From an uncultured Polaribacter sp. (lineage in GTDB: Bacteria > Bacteroidota > Bacteroidia > Flavobacteriales > Flavobacteriaceae), in NCBI GenBank assembly GCA_965233795.1, contig OZ247578.1:313878-377877 (forward strand): a stretch of 64,000 bases of DNA. The letters are read 5' to 3'. Both the position numbers and the translations under genes were made by a program. Below the pieces are notes generated by a model. It ran no database searches. It was not told where the DNA came from and saw nothing but the letters and a program-made list of their open reading frames with translations. Shown piece after piece: positions 16,922 to 27,210 of the stretch. Position 1 is the stretch's first letter. The number at the start of each line of letters is the position of its first letter.

Positions 16922-18268
16922 ATGCTATCTTTTTCAAAAAAACTTGTTTTCCTTTTTTTACTTCCTTCTTTTGTTGCACAAGCACAGTATACAATTGGCG
17001 GAACATTAAAATCTGACAAAAAATTAGAATATGCATTGTTATATAAAGTAGAAGCCATGAAGTTGGCTTTTGTACAAAACACATCTTTGCAAGAAGGCGT
17101 TTTTAATTTTCAATTGCCTGCCGATGCTTCTTCAGGAAGTTACCGTCTTATTTACGATACTAAAAATAATGGATTTGTAGACTTTTTCTTTCACAAAGAA
17201 GATGTTGTTTTTCATTTAGAAAAATCAAAGTCTAGTACTTCACTTCGTTTTGAAAAATCAAAAGAAAATAAAGCGTATCAACAGTTTTTAAATACTTTTT
17301 TGCAGCAACAAAAAGAAATAGATTCTCTACAGTTAAGCTATTTACAAGCTCCTACAGAACAAACAGAAAGAGGATATAAAAAAGCCTTATTAGCGATAGA
17401 AAAAACAAAAGTCTCTTTTTTAAAAAGTAGTAGTGAGGGAATGTTTGTAGCGCAGTTTATAAAAGCGCATTTTCAGTACAATTCACCAAAAATCATCACA
17501 AACGCCAAAGATTATTTTAATAGTACGGTTTCTCACTTTTTTGATGCGATTGATTTTGAAAATGAAACATTGGTAAATGCTGCTTTTTTTATTGACAAAC
17601 TCAATCAATATGTTTTTTATACAAATATCTCTGAGGATGAGAAAACTCAGCAAATATTGTATGAAAAAGCAATGAATACTATTTTAGAAAAAGCAACAAG
17701 TACCGAACTTAAAAAAAATATTATAGAATTATTTATTCATCAATTTGCGGGTCTTAAAAACGTGATTTTGGTAGATTACCTTTTAGAAAATCATTTTAAT
17801 AAGTTGCCAATTGCGTATCAAAATAAAGAATTTAGGGCTTCTATTCTCGCAAATTTAGCCGCTGAAGTAGGGCGTATAGCTCCTGATTTCTCATGGACTG
17901 ATAAAGAAGGACAAAAAGCCCTTTTAGAGTTAGATGATGCAAAATATTATGTATTGGTGTTTTGGAGTACAGGTTGTCCGCATTGCACAAGAGAAGTCCC
18001 CAAATTGTATGATTTTACAAAAAACAATTCCCTTGTAAAAGTAGTTGCATTTGGGATGGAAACCGAAGCGACAAAGTGGGAAAAATTTACAACCCCTTTA
18101 AAAGGTTGGCACCATGCTTTGGGTCTTGGTAAATGGGATAATGAAACAGCAAGAATCTATCAGATTTATAGTACACCAAGTTATTTTGTATTGAACGCTG
18201 ATAAAAAAATTATTGCAAAGCCAGAAAAATTAGAAGCGTTAAAAGCTTTAATTGAAAAGTTGAATTAA
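16922..18268 (+). CDS. Exported thioredoxin-fold (TlpA/ResA-like) thiol-disulfide oxidoreductase with a long N-terminal domain
   Basis: 448 aa. Signal peptide; C-terminal FWSTGCPHC (CxxC) redoxin domain. Confidence 0.8.
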   Translation: MLSFSKKLVFLFLLPSFVAQAQYTIGGTLKSDKKLEYALLYKVEAMKLAFVQNTSLQEGVFNFQLPADASSGSYRLIYDTKNNGFVDFFFHKEDVVFHLEKSKSSTSLRFEKSKENKAYQQFLNTFLQQQKEIDSLQLSYLQAPTEQTERGYKKALLAIEKTKVSFLKSSSEGMFVAQFIKAHFQYNSPKIITNAKDYFNSTVSHFFDAIDFENETLVNAAFFIDKLNQYVFYTNISEDEKTQQILYEKAMNTILEKATSTELKKNIIELFIHQFAGLKNVILVDYLLENHFNKLPIAYQNKEFRASILANLAAEVGRIAPDFSWTDKEGQKALLELDDAKYYVLVFWSTGCPHCTREVPKLYDFTKNNSLVKVVAFGMETEATKWEKFTTPLKGWHHALGLGKWDNETARIYQIYSTPSYFVLNADKKIIAKPEKLEALKALIEKLN

Positions 18269-18281
18269 GGTAACTTGTACA

Positions 18282-18305
18282 ATTCCTGCCTTCGCAGGAA
18301 TGACA
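18282..18305. repeat. Family A hairpin repeat ATTCCTGCCTTCGCAGGAATGACA
   Basis: Identical to the core of 3671-3695. Confidence 0.88.
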
Positions 18306-18368
18306 GCGGTTTTTTAAAAATTATTATTTAAAATGGTGAAAATCAAATTTTTATACATATAACATGCA

Positions 18369-18728
18369 TTAAAAATGCAAAAAAGCATCTTCTAAATGTT
18401 CTATTTTAAACTCATTTTCTTCTTTTAAAATAGCAATAATATCAAATCGAACCTCTACCTCTAAATCTTTTGAAGTAACATACGCATCAATAGCACTTAC
18501 TAATAATTTTATTTTTTTAGGATTTACAAAATCTTGTGGATTTCCAAACACATCAGAAGATCTCGTTTTTACTTCTACAACAGCTAAGGTGTTTTCTTGT
18601 TGTGCAATAATATCTACTTCTGCTTTTAAATAACGATAGTTTTTTTCTAGAATTTTATAGCCTTTTTCTAGTAAGTAATCTACCGCTAATTGTTCTCCTT
18701 TTTTACCAAGTTCGTTATGTATAGCCAT
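18369..18728 (-). CDS. YraN-family (UPF0102) endonuclease-like protein
   Basis: 119 aa. GEQLAVDYLLEKGYKILEKNYR...EVDIIA...VVEVKTR...RFDIIAI is the typical YraN pattern. Confidence 0.88.
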   Translation of the reverse strand: MAIHNELGKKGEQLAVDYLLEKGYKILEKNYRYLKAEVDIIAQQENTLAVVEVKTRSSDVFGNPQDFVNPKKIKLLVSAIDAYVTSKDLEVEVRFDIIAILKEENEFKIEHLEDAFLHF

Positions 18729-18824
18729 TTTTTTATTTAATTTAAAGTTGAAAAGTGCTTAAACGTAAATTCGATGTAAAACATTTTGGTTACTAATCGC
18801 TTAATTTTTTACTTTGAAAGTAAA

Positions 18825-18848
18825 TGTCATTCCTGCGAAAGCAGGAAT
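18825..18848. repeat. Family A hairpin repeat GTCATTCCTGCGAAAGCAGGAATC
   Basis: Exact reverse complement of 18869-18892. Confidence 0.92.
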
Positions 18849-18868
18849 CTAAGTGTTTCAATTTTAAT

Positions 18869-18893
18869 AGATTCCTGCTTTCGCAGGAATGAC
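18869..18893. repeat. Family A hairpin repeat GATTCCTGCTTTCGCAGGAATGACA
   Basis: Together with 18825-18848 it forms a perfect 24-nt inverted pair around a 20-nt spacer. Confidence 0.92.
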
Positions 18894-18933
18894 AAATACA
18901 ATTAGGAACTTATATTATTTTCTTAAATCGAAA

Positions 18934-20304
18934 TCACAGTCTTAATTTTTCAATATATTTTTTAGTTTCTTTTAAAACTTTAGGAGCTAGTACAATGGTA
19001 GTAAGCATTGTAGGAATTGCCATGAGTGCAAAAAAACTATCAATCAAATTAATCATCATATCTAAGGTAGTTGTTGCTCCTATGATAATACTCAGAATAT
19101 AAAAATAATTGTAGTAATGTTTCTTATCTGCTCCTAGTAAAAACGACATACATTTTGTGCCGTAATAGGAATAAGAAAATAATGACGAAATACTAAAAAC
19201 AGCAATGCAAATTAGTAATAGATATTTTCCAATTGCAGGCATTGCGCTAGAAAAAGCAGCAGCTGTTAAACTTACACCATTGGCATCAGAGGTTTGCCAA
19301 ACACCAGTGACTAAAATTGCCAAAGCGGTTAATGTACATACCACAATGGTATCTATAAAAGGTCCCAGCATCGCTACCAAGCCTTCTCTTACAGGTTCTG
19401 ATGTTTTTGCAGCACCATGCGCCATAGGAGCTGTACCCACACCTGCTTCATTAGAAAATGCTCCTCTTTTAATTCCTAAAATAATGAGACTTCCCAAAGC
19501 ACCTCCAAAGAGTGCATCTCCTTTTATAAAATTTGCAGAAAATGCATCCGTAAAAATAAGTTTAAGGTATCTAGGTACGACTTCGATATTGACTCCTAAA
19601 ATAAAGAGAATCAATACAAAATATAAAACCACCATTGCGGGGACTAATTTAGAAGCCACTTTGCTAATTCTATCCAATCCGCCTAAAATAACAATCGAGG
19701 TAATACTCACTAAAACAATTCCAACAGTTAGATCAGACACAAAACTTTTTGCGATGCCGTTGGGAACCAATACAATGTCATTGATAGCTTGTGTAAGTTG
19801 ATTTACATTGAAAACAGGTAGCGCGCCAACCAATCCACAAATACTAAAAAAAATGGCAAAGGGTTTCCAATGTTTTCCTAAACCTTCCATAATAAAGTAC
19901 ATAGGGCCACCTTGTAGGTTGCCTTCACTATCTTTTCCACGATATAAAATGGCTAAAGTTGCCGTAAAGAATTTTGTAGACATCCCAATAATAGCGCTTA
20001 TCCACATCCAAAAGACTGCCCCCGGACCACCTAGAGCAATGGCAACCGCAACACCTGCTATATTTCCCATACCTACAGTTGCAGAAAGCGCTGTAGTAAG
20101 TGCTTGAAAATGAGAAATTTCACCTGCATCTTCTGGATTGTCGTATTTTCCTCTTAAAATCTGAATGGCATGCCCAAAAAAACGAAAGGGTAAGAATTGA
20201 GAACGAATGAGTAAATAAATTCCGCCGCCGATTAATAAAATTAATAAAGGAATTCCCCATATAAAGGAAGAAAAATCAGCAATAGCATCCTTTATAAAAT
20301 TCAT
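18934..20304 (-). CDS. Alanine/glycine:cation symporter (AGCS family)
   Basis: 456 aa polytopic membrane protein. ISHFQALTTALSATVGMGNIAGVA and GAFSNEAGVGTAP are AGCS signatures. Confidence 0.92.
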   Translation of the reverse strand: MNFIKDAIADFSSFIWGIPLLILLIGGGIYLLIRSQFLPFRFFGHAIQILRGKYDNPEDAGEISHFQALTTALSATVGMGNIAGVAVAIALGGPGAVFWMWISAIIGMSTKFFTATLAILYRGKDSEGNLQGGPMYFIMEGLGKHWKPFAIFFSICGLVGALPVFNVNQLTQAINDIVLVPNGIAKSFVSDLTVGIVLVSITSIVILGGLDRISKVASKLVPAMVVLYFVLILFILGVNIEVVPRYLKLIFTDAFSANFIKGDALFGGALGSLIILGIKRGAFSNEAGVGTAPMAHGAAKTSEPVREGLVAMLGPFIDTIVVCTLTALAILVTGVWQTSDANGVSLTAAAFSSAMPAIGKYLLLICIAVFSISSLFSYSYYGTKCMSFLLGADKKHYYNYFYILSIIIGATTTLDMMINLIDSFFALMAIPTMLTTIVLAPKVLKETKKYIEKLRL

Positions 20305-21317
20305 TCAAAAATAATTTTAGAGGATTTTTTTTCTGCAATAAGGACCACTTTTCTACCAAAAACGATTGCTTTGTTAATGGGTTCATGACCTGCGGGAAAA
20401 TCAAAAATAACAGGAAAATGATATTCCTTTACCACATCTAATATGAGTTCTTCTACAGAAGTTCCCCAAGTAGGATTGTTTGTTTTAATATTGGAAATAT
20501 CGCCAACAATCAGTCCTTTGCAATTTTCAAAATACCCTGCTCTTTTTAAACTTTGCAACATTCTATCGATGCTGTATTTGTATTCTCCTATTTCTTCAAT
20601 AAATAAAATTTTATGATCTGTTGAAATTTCACTTTTAGAGCTTAACATAGAAGCTAAAATTGAGAGGTTTCCACCTACCAATACACCACTTGTTGTACCT
20701 AATCTATTATACTCAGAAGCAGGGATTTTATACCCAAAAGGACCACCAAACAAAGCGTTCTTTAAGGTTTCTAAAGTGATTGAAATATCTTTCTCTGTTT
20801 CAAAATTAATGGGCATTGTAGCATGTAAACTAGCAAAACCTAAGTTGTGAATATGACTGTGAAATGCAGTAATATCTGAATAACCAATAATCCATTTAGG
20901 ATGTTTTTTAAACATTGTAAAATCCAATTTGTCTAAAATCCGTACACTTCCATAACCCCCTCTTGCTGTCCAAATAGCTTTAATAGTTTGATTGTCTAAT
21001 GCTTTTTGAAAGTCTTCTGTTCGTTGTGCATCTGTTCCTGCAAAATGATTGTTTTGTGTAAATAGATGTTTTCCTAAAACCACATGCAATCCCCAACTTT
21101 TGGCAATTGTTGTTGCTTTTTCAATAACGGCTTCCTTATTTTTTAAAATCCCTGCAGGTGCTAAAATAGCAATCGTATCGCCTTTTTTAAGTAAAGGAGG
21201 TTGCTTTATTTCCATAGTTTTAGAAGGAATGGGTTTCGATTTTTCTTGCATAAATCCGTTAAAAGAAATTAGTAAAAGGAATAAACAATAGAAAGGTTTC
21301 TTTTTTTTTCTGTACAT
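20301..21317 (-). CDS. LD-carboxypeptidase (peptidase S66, LdcA-like), exported
   Basis: 338 aa. Signal peptide; GYSDITA nucleophile motif; C-terminal FPAGHE. Confidence 0.88.
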   Translation of the reverse strand: MYRKKKKPFYCLFLLLISFNGFMQEKSKPIPSKTMEIKQPPLLKKGDTIAILAPAGILKNKEAVIEKATTIAKSWGLHVVLGKHLFTQNNHFAGTDAQRTEDFQKALDNQTIKAIWTARGGYGSVRILDKLDFTMFKKHPKWIIGYSDITAFHSHIHNLGFASLHATMPINFETEKDISITLETLKNALFGGPFGYKIPASEYNRLGTTSGVLVGGNLSILASMLSSKSEISTDHKILFIEEIGEYKYSIDRMLQSLKRAGYFENCKGLIVGDISNIKTNNPTWGTSVEELILDVVKEYHFPVIFDFPAGHEPINKAIVFGRKVVLIAEKKSSKIIFE

Positions 21318-21384
21318 AAAAACACTTTTGGTAAATGTATCTATTTTCAGCGGGTTAAAAAAATAGCTTCTGATGACTTTTTTG

Positions 21385-21392
21385 TACTTTTG
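21385..21392 (+). promoter_or_regulatory. Candidate Bacteroidota -7 promoter box TACTTTTG upstream of metG
   Basis: Matches TAnnTTTG, 40 nt upstream of the metG ATG. No clear -33 element was seen. Confidence 0.3.
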
Positions 21393-21431
21393 CTTGCCTA
21401 AAATGATGCCACACCAAATTTAGAAACCGCA

Positions 21432-23501
21432 ATGGATACACCCAAAAGATATACGATTACTGCTGCTTTACCTTATACAAACGGACCTATTCATATTGGG
21501 CATTTAGCAGGGGTGTATGTTCCCGCAGATATTTATGCACGTTATTTACGATTAAAAGGACGAGATGTTATTTACATCTGTGGCTCGGATGAACATGGTG
21601 TTGCCATTCCGATGCGTGCAAAAAAAGAGGGTGTTTCTCCGCAAGTCATTATTGATAAATACCATGAAATCATTAAAAAGTCTTTTCAAGAATTTGGAAT
21701 TTCTTTCGATAATTATTCTAGAACTTCTGCGGAAATTCATCATAAAACAGCTTCAGAATTCTTTACAGAATTATACAATAAAGGTGAATTTATAGAGGAG
21801 GTAACCGCACAATTATATGATGCTGAAGCGCAACAATTTTTGGCCGATCGTTTTGTGGTAGGAACTTGTCCGAAATGTGGTTTTGAAGAGAGTTATGGAG
21901 ATCAGTGCGAAAACTGTGGAACGAGTCATAATGCTACCGATTTAATTAACCCAAAATCTGCGATAACAGGAAATGTTCCCACAATTAAAGAAACCAAACA
22001 CTGGTTTTTACCTTTAGATAAACATGAAGACTTTTTAAGAAAATGGATTTTAGAAGGTCATAAATCAGATTGGAAATCTAACGTATTAGGACAATGTAAA
22101 TCTTGGATTGACGATGGCTTACGCCCAAGAGCAGTTACAAGAGATTTGGATTGGGGAATTCCTGTGCCCTTAAAAGATGCCGAAGGAAAAGTTTTGTATG
22201 TGTGGTTTGATGCACCTATTGGTTATATTTCTGCAACTAAAGAATGGGCAGAGAAAACAGGGAAAAACTGGGAAGATTATTGGAAAAAAGACAACACCAA
22301 ATTGGTGCATTTTATTGGAAAAGACAATATTGTTTTTCACTGTCTAATTTTTCCGTCGATGTTAAAAGCACATGGCAATTATATTTTGCCAGAAAATGTA
22401 CCAGCCAATGAATTCTTAAATTTAGAAGGTAATAAGCTATCTACTTCTAAAAATTGGGCAGTTTGGTTGCACGAATATTTAGAAGCTTTTCCTAATCAGC
22501 AAGATGTATTGCGTTATACCTTAACTGCAAATGCACCAGAAAACAAAGACAACGATTTTACTTGGAAAGATTTTCAGGCGAAAAACAACAATGAGTTGGT
22601 GGCTATTTTTGGAAATTTCATCAATCGTGTGGTGGTATTAACACATAAATATTTCGAAGGCATTGTTCCTACACCAAATGATTTTACAGAAATAGATGAA
22701 GCAACCTTAGATACATTAAAAGAATTTCCAGCAAGTATATCAAAATCGATAGAACGTTACCGATTTAGAGAGGCTTCTCAAGAACTCATGAACTTGGCAC
22801 GTTTGGGAAATAAATATTTAGCCGATGAAGAACCTTGGAAAGTCATTAAAGAAGATGAAGAACGTGTAAAAACAATTTTATTTGTGGCATTACAGATTGC
22901 TACAGGTTTGGCAATTTTATCGGAACCTTTTCTGCCTTTTACTACTAATAAACTTAAAAATATTTTAAATGTCAGTTCGAACGACAGTGAGAAATCTTTG
23001 GCATGGAACGACGTAGCAGAAAAAGAAATATTGCTTCCAGAAGGACATATAATTAATAAGGCTTCTTTGTTGTTTTCTAAAATTGAAGACGAACAAATTA
23101 CAGCGCAATTGGAAAAGTTAGCAGCTACTAAAAAAGAAAATGAGTCTATAAATGCAACTGTTGAACCTCAAAAAGAGACCATCGATTTTGAGGACTTTAC
23201 AAAGTTAGATATGCGTATTGGTACTATTTTGGAGGCGATAAAAGTACCCAAAACAAAAAAGTTATTGCAATTAAAAGTTGATGTAGGCATTGATGTAAGA
23301 ACCATTGTATCTGGCATTGCAGAAAGTTTTTCACCAGAAGAAATCATTGGACAGCAAGTAACAGTTTTGTGTAATTTAGCTCCCAGAAAAATAAAAGGCA
23401 TTGAAAGTGAGGGTATGATTTTAATGACCGATACACCCGATGGAAAACTTTCTTTTTTAGAGCCTGAACAATCAGTTGCCAATGGCGGAAAAATAAGTTA
23501 A
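21432..23501 (+). CDS. metG: Methionine-tRNA ligase with C-terminal tRNA-binding (EMAP/Trbp111-like) domain
   Basis: 689 aa. HIGH variant [11 protein letters not shown], Zn knuckles CPKCG...CENCG, KMSKS variant KLSTSK. Confidence 0.98.
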   Translation: MDTPKRYTITAALPYTNGPIHIGHLAGVYVPADIYARYLRLKGRDVIYICGSDEHGVAIPMRAKKEGVSPQVIIDKYHEIIKKSFQEFGISFDNYSRTSAEIHHKTASEFFTELYNKGEFIEEVTAQLYDAEAQQFLADRFVVGTCPKCGFEESYGDQCENCGTSHNATDLINPKSAITGNVPTIKETKHWFLPLDKHEDFLRKWILEGHKSDWKSNVLGQCKSWIDDGLRPRAVTRDLDWGIPVPLKDAEGKVLYVWFDAPIGYISATKEWAEKTGKNWEDYWKKDNTKLVHFIGKDNIVFHCLIFPSMLKAHGNYILPENVPANEFLNLEGNKLSTSKNWAVWLHEYLEAFPNQQDVLRYTLTANAPENKDNDFTWKDFQAKNNNELVAIFGNFINRVVVLTHKYFEGIVPTPNDFTEIDEATLDTLKEFPASISKSIERYRFREASQELMNLARLGNKYLADEEPWKVIKEDEERVKTILFVALQIATGLAILSEPFLPFTTNKLKNILNVSSNDSEKSLAWNDVAEKEILLPEGHIINKASLLFSKIEDEQITAQLEKLAATKKENESINATVEPQKETIDFEDFTKLDMRIGTILEAIKVPKTKKLLQLKVDVGIDVRTIVSGIAESFSPEEIIGQQVTVLCNLAPRKIKGIESEGMILMTDTPDGKLSFLEPEQSVANGGKIS

Positions 23502-23532
23502 GTTTTTTACTTGGATAAAAAACACCTATCTG

Positions 23533-23560
23533 ATTTGACAACTTTTAAAAGTTGTCAAAT
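23533..23560. repeat. Family D perfect 28-nt palindrome ATTTGACAACTTTTAAAAGTTGTCAAAT (copy 2)
   Basis: Read directly. Lies between metG and the ABC-F gene. Confidence 0.9.
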
Positions 23561-23574
23561 CCCAAAAAGAATTC

Positions 23575-25431
23575 ATGAATTATATCTCTGTAGAAAATAT
23601 TTCCAAATCGTATGGAGAACGTGTCTTGTTTAAAGACCTTTCTTTTGGAATTAATAAGGATCAAAAAATTGCTTTTGTCGCCAAAAATGGGAGTGGAAAA
23701 ACTTCTATCTTAAATATTATTGCGGGTTTAGATACTTCAGATACAGGACAAGTAGTAAGTAGAAAAGGAATTCAAATTGCCTATTTAGCCCAGCAAATGG
23801 ATTTGAATTTGAATTTAACCATTGAAGAAACTATCTTTTCTACAGAAAATAAAATCTTATCCATTGTAAAACAATATGAAGAAGCCCTAAAAAACCCCGA
23901 TGATTCAGAAGCCTATCAAAAAGCCTTTGAATTGATGGAGCAGCACAATGCTTGGGATTTTGAAACGCAGTACAAACAGATTTTATCGAAATTAAAATTG
24001 CATGATTTGTCTTTAAAGATTTCGATGCTTTCTGGAGGACAAAGAAAGCGACTTTCTCTTGCCATGGTTTTAATTAGTAAACCCGATTTGCTGATTTTAG
24101 ACGAACCTACGAATCATTTAGATTTAGAAATGATTGAATGGTTAGAAGCTTTTTTTGCCAAAGAAAAAATCACGCTGTTTATGGTAACGCACGATCGCTA
24201 CTTTTTAGAGCGTGTTTGCAACGAAATTATAGAATTAGATCATGGAAAACTCTACAAATACAAAGGAAATTATTCTTATTATTTAGAGAAAAAAGAGGAG
24301 CGAATTACCTTAGAACAGGTTACTTTAGGAAAGGCGAAAAGTTTGTTCAAAAAAGAGCTGGATTGGATGCGGAAGCAACCGAAAGCAAGAACTACAAAAT
24401 CGAAATCTAGAATTGATGATTTCTATGAAATCAAAGAAAAAGCAAAACAACGAAGAAAAGACCATGTTGTTCAGCTAGAAATTAACATGGAGCGTTTGGG
24501 AAGCAAAATTTTAGAGCTACACAAGGTGCATAAATCTTTTGGAGAGACCACTATTTTAAAAGGTTTCGATTATGTTTTTAAACGCGGAGAACGCATTGGA
24601 ATTATTGGTAAAAACGGTACAGGAAAATCGTCTTTTTTAAATGTAATTACACAAAAATCGGAAGTAGATGCAGGCAAGGTAGTTTTGGGAGAAACCGTAA
24701 AATACGGCTATTATACACAAGCAGGAATTCAAATTAAAGAAGGTCAAAAGGTTATTGAAGTTGTAAAAGAGTTTGGTGAATATATTCCGTTAAGTAAAGG
24801 CAAAAAAATATCGGCATCACAATTATTAGAACGCTTTTTATTTGATAAAAAAAAGCAATATGATTTTGTTGAAAAATTAAGTGGTGGCGAGCAAAAACGT
24901 TTGTATTTATGCGCAGTATTAATTCAAAATCCTAATTTTTTAATTTTAGATGAACCTACAAATGATTTAGACGTAGTGACTTTAAATGTGCTAGAAAATT
25001 TTTTGCTAGATTTTCCAGGCAACTTATTAGTAGTTTCTCACGATCGTTATTTTATGGATAAAATTGTAGATGCCTTATTTGTTTTTAGAGGCGATGGCGT
25101 TGTGGAGAATTTCCCAGGAAATTATTCCGATTTTAGAAGTTATGAAAGTTCGAAACCTAAAGTACTTATAGAAAAAAAGAATGTAGAAAAGCAGGTGAAA
25201 ACAAGTGCTAAAAACCCCTTAACTTTTGATGAAAAAAGAGAATACGGAGGTTTAGAGAAGGCTATTGAAAGGCTACAAAACAAAAAAAATCAAATAGAAA
25301 ATCAGTTTGTAAACAATGAAATTCTACCAGAAGATATCGAAGAAAAATCGGTAGCACTTCAACAAATTATTTCCGATTTGGAAATCAAAGAAGAACGTTG
25401 GCTAGAACTCTCTATGAAATTGGAAGAGTAA
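23575..25431 (+). CDS. ABC-F family ATPase (two ABC domains, no TMD)
   Basis: 618 aa. Two Walker A motifs (AKNGSGKTS, GKNGTGKSS), two LSGG signatures and a charged linker. Confidence 0.93.
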   Translation: MNYISVENISKSYGERVLFKDLSFGINKDQKIAFVAKNGSGKTSILNIIAGLDTSDTGQVVSRKGIQIAYLAQQMDLNLNLTIEETIFSTENKILSIVKQYEEALKNPDDSEAYQKAFELMEQHNAWDFETQYKQILSKLKLHDLSLKISMLSGGQRKRLSLAMVLISKPDLLILDEPTNHLDLEMIEWLEAFFAKEKITLFMVTHDRYFLERVCNEIIELDHGKLYKYKGNYSYYLEKKEERITLEQVTLGKAKSLFKKELDWMRKQPKARTTKSKSRIDDFYEIKEKAKQRRKDHVVQLEINMERLGSKILELHKVHKSFGETTILKGFDYVFKRGERIGIIGKNGTGKSSFLNVITQKSEVDAGKVVLGETVKYGYYTQAGIQIKEGQKVIEVVKEFGEYIPLSKGKKISASQLLERFLFDKKKQYDFVEKLSGGEQKRLYLCAVLIQNPNFLILDEPTNDLDVVTLNVLENFLLDFPGNLLVVSHDRYFMDKIVDALFVFRGDGVVENFPGNYSDFRSYESSKPKVLIEKKNVEKQVKTSAKNPLTFDEKREYGGLEKAIERLQNKKNQIENQFVNNEILPEDIEEKSVALQQIISDLEIKEERWLELSMKLEE

Positions 25432-25443
25432 TAAAATTATATT

Positions 25444-25469
25444 GTCATTCCTGCCTTCTAAGGAATGAC
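25444..25469. repeat. Family A variant hairpin GTCATTCCTGCCTTCTAAGGAATGAC
   Basis: The GTCATTCC/GGAATGAC arms pair with each other. Lies between the convergent ABC-F and exonuclease genes. Confidence 0.8.
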
Positions 25470-25483
25470 AGTACCTAATAAAA

Positions 25484-26200
25484 CTAAACACGTACAATAT
25501 CACTTTCTTGTAAAAGCGGTTCATTATTAAAACGCAATAGGATTTGCGCTACAGCAATGGTGTCTTTTTCGCAATACGCTACAATTCTATCAAGGTTTTT
25601 TTCTTGGTAGTATACCTGCGCTACTTCGCTACCGTTAATATCGTCCTTTGGTGAAGGAATCCCTAGAATACCCGTTAATAATTTTAAAGAAGAATAGTGC
25701 TTATAATCGCCAAACTTCCATAATTCTAGCGTGTCTAAATGAGGTACTTGCCAAGGTTTTTTACCAAAGAGATTTAATTTTTTAGGCAATGTTATTTGAT
25801 GGATAATCATTCTACGCGCTAGAAAAGGGAAATCAAATTCTTTTCCGTTATGGGCACACAAAAGATGTTGTTGTTTGTTAAAATGCGTATCTAAAAGCGT
25901 TTTAAAATTTGTTAAGATTTTGTGTTCATCATCACCAGAAAACGAGGTAACTCTCAACTGTTTTTCAGTGGTTGTTTCTACAAAATACCCCACAGAAATA
26001 CAAATAATTTTGCCGAACTCTGCCCAAATTCCAGCTCGAGCATAAAATACTTCTAAGGGTGTTTCTGCATCTCTTTGATACGCTGTTTTATCATTGAATA
26101 GTGTTTGTATTTCTTCTGGAACATCTTCCCAATAGGCATATTCTGGCACAGTTTCGATATCTAAAAATAAAATATTTTTAAAGTTAATTTTTAGATTCAT
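25484..26200 (-). CDS. RNase H-like 3'-5' exonuclease (PolB-exonuclease-like, DEDDy-type)
   Basis: 238 aa. LFLDIETV (Exo I), AHNGKEFDFPFLARR (Exo II), YCEKDT (Exo III). Confidence 0.75.
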   Translation of the reverse strand: MNLKINFKNILFLDIETVPEYAYWEDVPEEIQTLFNDKTAYQRDAETPLEVFYARAGIWAEFGKIICISVGYFVETTTEKQLRVTSFSGDDEHKILTNFKTLLDTHFNKQQHLLCAHNGKEFDFPFLARRMIIHQITLPKKLNLFGKKPWQVPHLDTLELWKFGDYKHYSSLKLLTGILGIPSPKDDINGSEVAQVYYQEKNLDRIVAYCEKDTIAVAQILLRFNNEPLLQESDIVRV

Positions 26201-27030
26201 TTCTGAATGACTAGTTTTTGTGTCATTATTTTTTCACCTTCGATAATTCGTACAATATAAATCCCTTTTTGCATTGCAGAGATATCTATTGAAGTGCTAT
26301 TTTCAGTAAATATTTTTGAGTATATCTTTTTTCCTAACACATTAAATAGTGTTACTTTTTTTTGACCAGTACTTGTTGTGGAAATTGTAATTTTTTCACC
26401 AATTACAGGATTTGGATAAACTTTAAATCCCTTTATGGTATATTCATTTGTAGCAGCGGTAGCAAAATTAGCAGTTCTAAAAGTAGGGCTTTTTACTTCA
26501 TATGTACCATCATCTTTTCTTTGGATAGATTCCGTAGTTTTTGCACTATTTATGTTTTCATTATACTGTACGGTTTCTCCAAAGCCCGATAGTAAAACGC
26601 TATCATCACTTTGCCCTGTGTCATAAATAACCACATCAATTAGATTATCAGTAGTAATTTCCGTATCATTCGGAAATGAAGAAGCATCTTCTTGATATAC
26701 GGCTACAGCATCAGCACCATTTTGTAAAGTGCTTAGTGCAAGGTCTGTAGCAGCATTGTAAATTTCACTACTTGCTAACATAAAGAACCCATTAGCGTCT
26801 GTGGTAAATCCATCTAAATCGTAAGAAGCATAGCTTTTATCATCACTTCCATTAAATAGTACAACAACGTAACCGTCTAAAGAAGTGTTAGGCGTCCATA
26901 AAAGCTCAATAAATTCTGCATTATCAGTACCATCTTGATCTGCATCAATCTCATTAATTACAATTTGAGAGTAGGTAAATGAAGTAAATAATACAGTGAA
27001 TACAAGGGTAAGTGTGTAATTCTTTTTCAT
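26197..27030 (-). CDS. Secreted lamin-tail-domain (LTD)-like protein with T9SS C-terminal sorting domain
   Basis: 277 aa. Signal peptide; IVINEIDADQDGTDNAEFIELL is LTD-like; the C-terminal FKVYPNPV...GIYIVRI...QKLVIQK is a type A T9SS CTD pattern. 4-nt overlap with the downstream exonuclease gene. Confidence 0.7.
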   Translation of the reverse strand: MKKNYTLTLVFTVLFTSFTYSQIVINEIDADQDGTDNAEFIELLWTPNTSLDGYVVVLFNGSDDKSYASYDLDGFTTDANGFFMLASSEIYNAATDLALSTLQNGADAVAVYQEDASSFPNDTEITTDNLIDVVIYDTGQSDDSVLLSGFGETVQYNENINSAKTTESIQRKDDGTYEVKSPTFRTANFATAATNEYTIKGFKVYPNPVIGEKITISTTSTGQKKVTLFNVLGKKIYSKIFTENSTSIDISAMQKGIYIVRIIEGEKIMTQKLVIQK

Positions 27031-27210
27031 AATTTAATTTTTTAGTTTTTCAAATATAAACTTTTTTATGAAACTTTAAAATAAATTTCAAAAACTTCAT
27101 AATTTAAGTTATCTAAACTTTAAGCAATTGTTAAGGATGTAAATTAAAATGCTAGAAAGATTTCATTTCAGTTTTAATGATTATTTTTGAGAGAACAATC
27201 TTAAAAAGAT

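Noticed and set aside
16845-17084. N-terminal 80-aa extension of the SDR ORF (track 16050-17084), and the 20-aa extension of gldB (54162-54221).
   Set aside because: The SDR Rossmann motif begins right after the internal Met at 16844, and the extension would overlap the divergent gene at 16922. For GldB, the internal Met gives a canonical lipoprotein signal. The extensions are read-through of upstream non-coding DNA.
19205-20107. Long plus-strand ORFs (198 aa and 99 aa) opposite the AGCS symporter gene. Similar antisense ORFs occur at 60266-60727 (opposite tig), 2630-3040, 23168-23482, 10932-11198, 13299-13659 and 8057-8314, among others.
   Set aside because: Each lies entirely within, and antisense to, a confidently identified gene. 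They have low-complexity or odd composition, no recognisable motifs and no independent start context. These are typical shadow ORFs.
25444-25469. Treating every hairpin repeat as a Rho-independent terminator.
   Set aside because: Most copies lack an adjacent U-run on the transcribed strand. Several lie within operons (bioD/GIY-YIG/bioF) or inside a CDS (bioF). Only 5043-5075 and 59658-59688 have classical terminator features.
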